Assembly (NCBI GenBank): GCA_014360905.1
Contig: JACIWW010000004.1
Location: 71,994 to 135,993 of the forward strand
Origin: Chloroflexota bacterium
GTDB taxonomy: Bacteria > Chloroflexota > Anaerolineae > UBA2200
Direction of reading: 5' to 3'
DNA: 64,000 nucleotides
Shown here: positions 57,821 to 64,000 of the stretch, one piece after another
Layout of the letters: each line of letters begins with the position of its first letter
Position numbering within the stretch: the stretch's first letter is position 1
Program-made: the position numbers and the translations under genes
Notes under the pieces: model-generated
Databases searched by the model: none
Seen by the model: the letters and a program-made list of their open reading frames with translations, nothing else
Told to the model about the DNA's origin: nothing

Positions 57821-60800
57821 CTATCCATGAGGAAAAGGTAAGAAGGGCAGAGAGGTAGTAACGCCATGAAGAATCACATACATTTCTGCCGCTTCAATCG
57901 GAGAGAAAGCCCCTTGAAATTCTTGTTTCAATGCCATTGTCTTGAGTCGGAAGTCAGAAGACGAAAAAGTCATTTTCAACCGATCATTCTCAAAAGCCAC
58001 CTCATTTGCTCCGTCAGTTGTAAAGAGATGTGCTTCCTTCCCATTTTCTCGCCTTCTGATAACCCACCCCTTGTGCATTCTCTCGATGTAGAAAGCATTA
58101 TCCTTCTCCAACGCGAAATCACCTGCATTGAAGAACAGCCTTGGCTTTTCGCGATAGGGTTTTCCTTGGTGCACACAGAAGGTAGCGCAGTTACCGCACT
58201 CATTGCAAAAATCGTCCACATGAATAATCTGCCGAACTTGCTCGAGTTGAAACAGGCGCTCCCCTGATACAACCAGCTTGCCATTGTGGCAGGAGAGTAC
58301 AGGCATTGCTGCCTTCATCGGCGAGATGATGAAGTAGGTGTAATTGGCACGGTTGGGGCAGACCTCTACACATTTGTCACAAAGGGTGGAGCATTGCAGG
58401 CAACGAGCGGCTTCGTTACGCGCCGCATCCTCGCTCAGCGTTTGCTCAACTAATTCAAAATCATTACAGCGGGCAACGTAGGGTGCCTCAGGTCTATGCG
58501 GCATTGCTTTTCTGGCACGAGCGCGTTTGATCTGCACAATCTCTGTCTCCGAGAGCTCCGCCACTCTGATCGGCAACCACTCAAAGTGGATGCCCAGCTC
58601 GGTGCAAATGGCTTCGGCAGCACGCTGCCCGTCGGCGCACGCCTCTATAACCGTAGCCGGCCCTCGCACGGCATCACCGCCGGCATATACACAGCCCGCC
58701 TGTGTCTGTCCTGTCTGGGGATCAACTGCAATAGCTCCATCTGGACGCAGAGAAACCGCGCTGCCATCGAGGAAAGCAATGTCCGGTCTTTGGCCAATGG
58801 CCACAATGATGGCATCGGTTTCGATCTCGAACTCGCTCCCTGCGATTGGGATTGGCTTCCTCCGTCCATCTGCCTCGGGATCGCCTAATCTGTTGCGCAC
58901 ACACTCTAATCCAGCCACTCGTCCGTTCTTCACGATGACCCTGGTGGGGGAGGCAAGTTCTATCAATGTGTTGCCCTCGGCAAAAAACGCTTCTTTTTCT
59001 TCCTCGGTAGCCGGCATCTCGCGTTCTGTTCGCCGATAGACCACTGTTACCGGTTTGCCTGTAATCCTTCGCGCAGTCCGAGCAGCATCCATCGCGGTGT
59101 TTCCACCACCGATGATGAGCACTTTAGAGCCCAGGTTCGGCTTCTCCCCCCACGCTACTCGTTCCAACAAATCGAGGGCAGCAAAGATGCCGGTAGCCTC
59201 TATTCCTTCGATTGTTAATGGGACATCCTTTTGGAAGCCACAGGCGATGTATACAGCATCAAAACCCTGCTTGAGCAGCTCTTCCGGCGGCGAGGTGATG
59301 GGGTGAGAAAGCTCGATGTTGACTCCCATCCGGGTGATGCGCTCGATGTCCTTCTGCACAATAGATGGGGGCAGTCGGAAAGAAGGGGCGATCGTCAGCA
59401 TGCCCCCGGGTCTATCTTTGGCTTCATAGATGGTTACCTGGACGCCGTTCAAAGCTAGGAAATACGCTGCAGCCAGCCCAGAAGGGCCACTGCCAATAAT
59501 TGCAACCCTTCGGCTACGAGTAGAACTAGCCTTATGCTCATTTTGTTCCTTCACTAGCATCGCAGCATTGCCTCTCTCAGCGGCAACTCGCTTGAGCGCC
59601 CGAATTGCCACAGGCTGTTCGTAATTGTTGCGGGTACAGCGGATTTGGCACAGGTGCGTGCAGATATACCCAGTTACGCCTGGCAGTGGATTGCGTTTGA
59701 GCACAACCTCAAGCGCACGATCGTACTCTCCCTGGGCAATCCACCAGATGTACTCCGGCACATCCTGATGCACTGCGCATTGCTCCTTACAAGGTGCTGC
59801 AATACAGTCAAACAACCCCAAGCCCGACTCAACCTTCGGCAGCCCGTACGGGTGATAACTCTTTTTATAGCGGAGATCCTGCAATGCATCGTTGGCTGCT
59901 TTCTCCAGGTTGGCCAGTTTGTCTCGGGCGAGTTCCTCCAAGCTGGCGACGCCTTGGTCATGCATCGCCTGTTCCAGATTCTCAAGAGACTGGAGAAGTC
60001 GAGAATAGCCGCCCGGTTTGAGCAGGTCAGTAACGGTCGTGACCGGATAAGCACCAGCTGCCAGGATCGTGACCACGTTAAATGCATCTGCCCCTGCCGA
60101 ATATGAGACGCGCAAGTCGCCTTTGAATTCTTGCGCTAATTTGTGGAATAGGTTCATAGTGATGGGGTAGAGGGCCCGTCCTGACATGTACATCTCGTCT
60201 CCAGGGAGAAGCCCCTTGTGGTTAGCCATCGCCAGTGTATTGCTCAACTTGACCCCAAAGGTCAGACTATGCTCAGCCGCCACTTGTTGTAGCGTCCGAA
60301 TCAATTCCACGGCGCGCTCGTATTGCAGATCATGTTCGAACACAGCATCTGGAATTTGAATCTCACGGAAACCAAGATGTTCATGGAGGATCTGCATCAC
60401 CATGTCTTTGCCCAGCAAGGTGGGGTTTAATTTCACTGTAGTGTGCAGTCCTCTTTCCTCCAGCAGATAGCGTACAATCCGTTCGATTTCATCTGGTGGG
60501 CAACCATGCATCGTGGAAAGAGTGACATTGTTAGTCAATTGAGTTGGGATCTCAATGTCGGCAAACTGGGGGAAATGTGTGCACAGGATATTCTGGATCT
60601 CCGCAATCTCCTCGGAAGCATCCACCATCCGCTCCATAAAGCGCGTCATGGGTGAGCTTTGTATTCCGTTCAAGTTATAGCCAACGCTCATGTTGAAGAT
60701 GGTTCCAAGGGGGACCTTGCCCTCAAAACCAAGCAGTCGGTGCAGGATATGAATTAGCACCCATGCCTTGATGTATTCCCGTGCGGACTGATCCAGTTTG

Positions 60801-61147
60801 AGTTCCTGCGACCACTCGACGTTATAGCCCTCATCCTCCATGTCAATGCATGGGCGAGGAATCTCGAGCTCATCCATAATCTGCACAGTCTTGAGTTCGA
60901 TAAATCGTCCGCCCGAAAGCCAAGCACAGACAATGTTCTGTGCCAACTGCGTGTGTGGTCCTGCCGCTGGGCCGATTGGAGTAGCCAGGTAATGCCCAAA
61001 CATATCCTTTACCGCATACAGGCTATCCTTTTTGGGTATGTAGAACAGAGAGCGGTGAATGCCAAAGATGGATTGGTTTCCCTCGAATTCTTTGAGTATC
61101 CAACGAAGTAAAACATCGAAAGGTTGGACACGCATTTTGTCAGACAT
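57821..61147 (-). CDS. ygfK: YgfK-like large Fe-S flavoprotein (annotated in E. coli as putative selenate reductase subunit YgfK). N-terminal DPD/DHOD-like domain, then a GltD-like FAD/NAD(P) domain, then 4Fe-4S ferredoxin.
   Basis: 1108 aa. PIGPAAGPHTQLAQN. Two dinucleotide-binding motifs (VAIIGSGPSGLAAA and a second GGGNTAMD). Several CxxCxxC clusters. Length and order match YgfK. Confidence 0.6.
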   Translation of the reverse strand: MSDKMRVQPFDVLLRWILKEFEGNQSIFGIHRSLFYIPKKDSLYAVKDMFGHYLATPIGPAAGPHTQLAQNIVCAWLSGGRFIELKTVQIMDELEIPRPCIDMEDEGYNVEWSQELKLDQSAREYIKAWVLIHILHRLLGFEGKVPLGTIFNMSVGYNLNGIQSSPMTRFMERMVDASEEIAEIQNILCTHFPQFADIEIPTQLTNNVTLSTMHGCPPDEIERIVRYLLEERGLHTTVKLNPTLLGKDMVMQILHEHLGFREIQIPDAVFEHDLQYERAVELIRTLQQVAAEHSLTFGVKLSNTLAMANHKGLLPGDEMYMSGRALYPITMNLFHKLAQEFKGDLRVSYSAGADAFNVVTILAAGAYPVTTVTDLLKPGGYSRLLQSLENLEQAMHDQGVASLEELARDKLANLEKAANDALQDLRYKKSYHPYGLPKVESGLGLFDCIAAPCKEQCAVHQDVPEYIWWIAQGEYDRALEVVLKRNPLPGVTGYICTHLCQIRCTRNNYEQPVAIRALKRVAAERGNAAMLVKEQNEHKASSTRSRRVAIIGSGPSGLAAAYFLALNGVQVTIYEAKDRPGGMLTIAPSFRLPPSIVQKDIERITRMGVNIELSHPITSPPEELLKQGFDAVYIACGFQKDVPLTIEGIEATGIFAALDLLERVAWGEKPNLGSKVLIIGGGNTAMDAARTARRITGKPVTVVYRRTEREMPATEEEKEAFFAEGNTLIELASPTRVIVKNGRVAGLECVRNRLGDPEADGRRKPIPIAGSEFEIETDAIIVAIGQRPDIAFLDGSAVSLRPDGAIAVDPQTGQTQAGCVYAGGDAVRGPATVIEACADGQRAAEAICTELGIHFEWLPIRVAELSETEIVQIKRARARKAMPHRPEAPYVARCNDFELVEQTLSEDAARNEAARCLQCSTLCDKCVEVCPNRANYTYFIISPMKAAMPVLSCHNGKLVVSGERLFQLEQVRQIIHVDDFCNECGNCATFCVHQGKPYREKPRLFFNAGDFALEKDNAFYIERMHKGWVIRRRENGKEAHLFTTDGANEVAFENDRLKMTFSSSDFRLKTMALKQEFQGAFSPIEAAEMYVILHGVTTSLPFLPFPHG

Positions 61148-61226
61148 GCCCCCTCCTATAGGCTGGCGATCTGAAATGCATATTATGGCTTGATACTCGA
61201 TACGGCAATTAGAGTCTTTGTCCTTA

Positions 61227-61466
61227 TTAGCCTTTCCTCAATGCTACGTCCTCTTCAACTTGCACAACGGCTGTGGCAATGGCCCAACTGACCAGTCCCC
61301 AAGTTCCTCCGCAGAGCACAATCGCCAGCAAAATATTTGGTAGAGATAAATTGTTTGCCCGCCATAGACCCACAAGGGTCAAAACAATTGCCAAGATGGC
61401 GAAAAAGAGCCCTACCTTAATGGGGCCGCTTAGCCGGCCTTTTCGTCCTTTCGTTCGCTGTGCCAT
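61227..61466 (-). CDS. Small two-TM membrane protein, hypothetical.
   Basis: 79-aa ORF with two hydrophobic helices, lying between the ssnA-like and ygfK-like genes on the same strand. Confidence 0.35.
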   Translation of the reverse strand: MAQRTKGRKGRLSGPIKVGLFFAILAIVLTLVGLWRANNLSLPNILLAIVLCGGTWGLVSWAIATAVVQVEEDVALRKG

Positions 61467-61496
61467 AAGTTTATTTCCTCCTAGCGCTCCGCGCTT

Positions 61497-62828
61497 CTAC
61501 AGCCGCTGCCAGAGCTTGGCTGCCAGCTCACGAGCCTTCGCCCCGATCTCCTCTTCATCCAACGTCTTCAACTCGCGTTTGTGCATGAGTACTTTGCCCG
61601 CGACGATCGTCGTGCTCACGTGAGCTCCATCCACACCGAAAATGATGTGCCAAGGCAAATTCCCCTCCGTCAGCGGTGTGGGGGGAACATAGTCCAGGAA
61701 CACGATGTCAGCATAAGCACCCGGTGTGAGCTCTCCCAGTGGTTTAGAGTAGAAAAGCCCGGCCGTCTGCGCATTGTGCTGCACAGCCATTGTCAAAACC
61801 TTATCCGCACCAAGTACCCGAGGGTCCTCGCTAGCCAGCTTGTGCAATAGATAGGCTGTTTTCATTTCGCTGAACATATTGTTCGAGAAGCCATCGTTGC
61901 CCAGACCAACCTCGATACCATTCTCCAACATCTTGGGCACATTGGCCACCCCGACGGCGTTGTTCATGTTGGAGCGCGGATTGTGCACTACCCGCGTGCC
62001 TGTTTCTCGCAGGATGCCCATCTCGTGGTCGTCTACATGAACGCAGTGCGCAGCGATGGTTTTGGGTCCCAAGATACCGCGTTGGGCTAGGCGTTCCACT
62101 ACACGCTGGCCATACTTTTTCAGAGAATCGTGCACGTCCGCAATACCTTCTGCGACATGAATGTGGAATCCAGCATTGAGCCCCCTCGCCATCTCGACCG
62201 CACGAGCCAACGTCTCGTCTGATAAAGTGAGGGAGGCATGCAATCCAAAGGTAGCGGCGAGCAATCCTTCTTTGCCTTTCACGCGTTGAATGAAGCGAGC
62301 ATTCTCATCCAAGCCTTCCTGCATCGCCTCTGGCCCATCTCGATCCGAGACCTCGTAGCACAGACAACACCGTAACCCCGCTTGAGTCACTGCCTCCGCG
62401 ATGGCATCCAGCGAGTAGGTGATAGCGTGTGGGGAGGCGTGGTGGTCAAGGAGCGTGGTCGTGCCATTGCGCATGGCATCAATCAGACACACGAGAGCGC
62501 TATAGCGGATGTCTTCGATGGTGAGTGCCTTGTCCAAACGCCACCAAAGGCGTTCCAGGATTTGCGGAAAATCGGCTGGCGGCTCTCCTCGCAGGCTCAT
62601 GCCCCGCACAAACAGGCCATAGAAATGGGTGTGGGCGCAGATCAAGCCGGGCATCACAAGCTGCCCCTGTGCATCAAGTGTATCCTCCTCAGGATACCGA
62701 GCTCTCAAGTCTGGGGTAGTTGAGACGTCTGTAATTGTGTCGCCTTCGATCCGTAATGCACCATCGGGTATGATACGCGGGTTTGCTCCAAATGTCACCA
62801 AAATCCCATTAAGGATTAGCATTTTCAC
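61497..62828 (-). CDS. ssnA: SsnA-like amidohydrolase (chlorohydrolase/aminohydrolase family).
   Basis: 443 aa. MLILNG..., VMPGLICAHTHFYGL metal-binding HxH, and a downstream HVAE motif. Length and N-terminus resemble E. coli SsnA. Confidence 0.65.
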   Translation of the reverse strand: MKMLILNGILVTFGANPRIIPDGALRIEGDTITDVSTTPDLRARYPEEDTLDAQGQLVMPGLICAHTHFYGLFVRGMSLRGEPPADFPQILERLWWRLDKALTIEDIRYSALVCLIDAMRNGTTTLLDHHASPHAITYSLDAIAEAVTQAGLRCCLCYEVSDRDGPEAMQEGLDENARFIQRVKGKEGLLAATFGLHASLTLSDETLARAVEMARGLNAGFHIHVAEGIADVHDSLKKYGQRVVERLAQRGILGPKTIAAHCVHVDDHEMGILRETGTRVVHNPRSNMNNAVGVANVPKMLENGIEVGLGNDGFSNNMFSEMKTAYLLHKLASEDPRVLGADKVLTMAVQHNAQTAGLFYSKPLGELTPGAYADIVFLDYVPPTPLTEGNLPWHIIFGVDGAHVSTTIVAGKVLMHKRELKTLDEEEIGAKARELAAKLWQRL

Positions 62829-63727
62829 TCCTTTCTACAAGTACACCAAAGCAAACGATTGTCTGTGATCTGATACGTTATCTGGCCACTGTTGCTCAGA
62901 TGGCTCAAATAAGCGTGGAGCGTTGGCAATAAAAGATAGTATTCCCGGATATTGCGGATCTTGATCCCATAGTGCTGACAGGCAGCTCTCAAAAGACTAC
63001 TGACTTCAGCGGGTGCTTGAGCGAGGTAGTTCTCGATAAAATTCAGAACATCCATTATTTGTGCGATATTGCGCTTGATAAGGCCGGCAATATCGCGTTC
63101 GAGTTGACCATGCCCCAATACGTAATACGCACAGGAATAATGGCGCAGTTTTTCCAGGCTTTCCAGGCGCTTGGTAACGCTATAGGCGTACGAAATAGCC
63201 GTGTTCGCTAATTCCGCTTCTCCAGCCAGAATATCCCCCGTGAAAAAGACATCGTTCACAATATAGCCGGTATGACTGCCCGTGTGACCTGGTAGGGGTA
63301 CAACCTGCACTGTTATCCCAGCAATCTGGATTTCACCTTCGGTCACTACCACATCTGTAACACAAGGTTGAGGGGCAAAGCGAGGCGTACCTAACTCGAC
63401 AATGGGTTCAGCCCCACCAAATACACACATAGCACCCCATACAGGACGCTGTAATACAATCGAATCATACACAGGAGCATAGACTTTAGCACCGGTATGC
63501 TCGACTAGATAAGCATTGCCTCCCACGTGGTCACCATGACCATGGGTGTTGAGAATGGCCACCAAATTGAGGCCTTGTTCTTCCAGAATCTGCAACAACA
63601 ATCGTCCAGAACGCTGCCCAACTCCTGTATCAATCAGGAGAGCTTGCTGTTCCTCGCCTATAATGAGGCCAATGTTGCTTGCACCAGGTAGGTAATAGAC
63701 GTTATTAAGGATATGTTGTAGTGGCAA
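62825..63727 (-). CDS. Metallo-beta-lactamase-fold hydrolase.
   Basis: 300 aa. LNTHGHGDHVGGN HxHxDH motif. 4-nt overlap with the ssnA-like start. Confidence 0.75.
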   Translation of the reverse strand: MPLQHILNNVYYLPGASNIGLIIGEEQQALLIDTGVGQRSGRLLLQILEEQGLNLVAILNTHGHGDHVGGNAYLVEHTGAKVYAPVYDSIVLQRPVWGAMCVFGGAEPIVELGTPRFAPQPCVTDVVVTEGEIQIAGITVQVVPLPGHTGSHTGYIVNDVFFTGDILAGEAELANTAISYAYSVTKRLESLEKLRHYSCAYYVLGHGQLERDIAGLIKRNIAQIMDVLNFIENYLAQAPAEVSSLLRAACQHYGIKIRNIREYYLLLPTLHAYLSHLSNSGQITYQITDNRLLWCTCRKE

Positions 63728-63984
63728 AGCTTCGTCCTCTGCGCTGAGTGTTCACTCTACTGAAATTATACAGGACGCCAAAGCAAAAAGCAAGATGGAT
63801 ACCTTTCGGGCGGTGCACTTTAAAGCTGATGTCCTGCTAAGCCGGTGGCTTTCTTATCACGCTGCTCTATCCCCGCATCCCGATATTTACCCAAGCTTGC
63901 AGTAGGACCTATTCCAATCATTTGGAAATGCGGGGTTTTTAGGTTATAATTATTCAACTTTTGAAGATGAAAGGAGAAAGAAAA

Positions 63985-64000
63985 TGAGAAGAGTTCTTGG
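63985..64000 (+). CDS. Start of an ORF (MRRVL...) running off the 3' edge of the window. Unknown product.
   Basis: ATG preceded by aaaggagaaag, an RBS-like sequence. Only 5 codons are visible. Confidence 0.2.

Noticed and set aside
57821-61147. Calling the 1108-aa protein a functional selenate reductase.
   Set aside because: The name 'putative selenate reductase subunit YgfK' is a historical annotation. Domain content indicates a DPD/GltD-like Fe-S flavoprotein of unproven substrate, so I give only the family-level call.
1-64000. CRISPR arrays, tRNA/rRNA genes, transposases, integrases and prophage remnants.
   Set aside because: I see no direct repeats with regular spacers, no cloverleaf-compatible 70-90-nt GC-skewed segments in the few intergenic gaps, and no ORF with DDE or tyrosine-recombinase hallmarks. 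Coding density leaves almost no room for these features.

Overview
This 64-kb window looks like ordinary bacterial chromosome: densely packed (about 90% coding), roughly 55% GC. Gene order and content are Firmicutes-like or Chloroflexota-like (monoderm): asp23-fakA-fakB-recG, divergent rpmB, yceD-rpmF-fabK-fabD-fabG, and many lipoproteins with Pro/Thr linkers. I found no rRNA, tRNA, CRISPR array, transposase or integrase by eye. Housekeeping genes I recognise are murA, mreB, rex, glpD, tal, ychF, tatC, nusB, coaD, recG, rpe, rlmN, and ribosomal proteins L32 and L28. Accessory content falls into four groups. (i) Two tandem GH5-like secreted or anchored hydrolases. (ii) A sugar and alcohol metabolism island: ROK kinase, two Zn-alcohol dehydrogenases, an SDR, and a DhnA-type aldolase. 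(iii) A heterodimeric ABC exporter. (iv) An exported phosphodiesterase next to an orphan solute-binding protein. Two regions stand out. First, a nine-gene co-directional cluster at 32.7-41.6 kb pairs two SCP-x-type thiolases with two DUF35 Zn-ribbon/OB-fold proteins, CoA-transferase subunits A and B, and an acyl-CoA dehydrogenase. Upstream in the same string sit a phosphate acyltransferase and a P-loop protein that I tentatively assign to the cyclic-2,3-diphosphoglycerate-synthetase-like family. This looks like an uncharacterised beta-oxidation or retro-aldol side-chain cleavage pathway. Second, at 56.4-63.7 kb there is a YqeC::MocA fusion protein, a 1108-aa YgfK-like Fe-S flavoprotein, a small membrane protein, an SsnA-like amidohydrolase and an MBL-fold hydrolase. 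These are the accessory genes of the selenium-dependent molybdenum hydroxylase (ygfK-ssnA-ygfM-xdhD) system, but no molybdenum hydroxylase subunit is in the window. They are fused transcriptionally to rlmN and rpe. I also note an AGPS-like FAD oxidase (N-terminal WNGWG motif) beside glpD, a probable frameshifted Zn-ribbon gene, and three near-consensus sigma70 promoters. All functional calls rest on remembered family motifs and gene-neighbourhood logic. No database search was possible.
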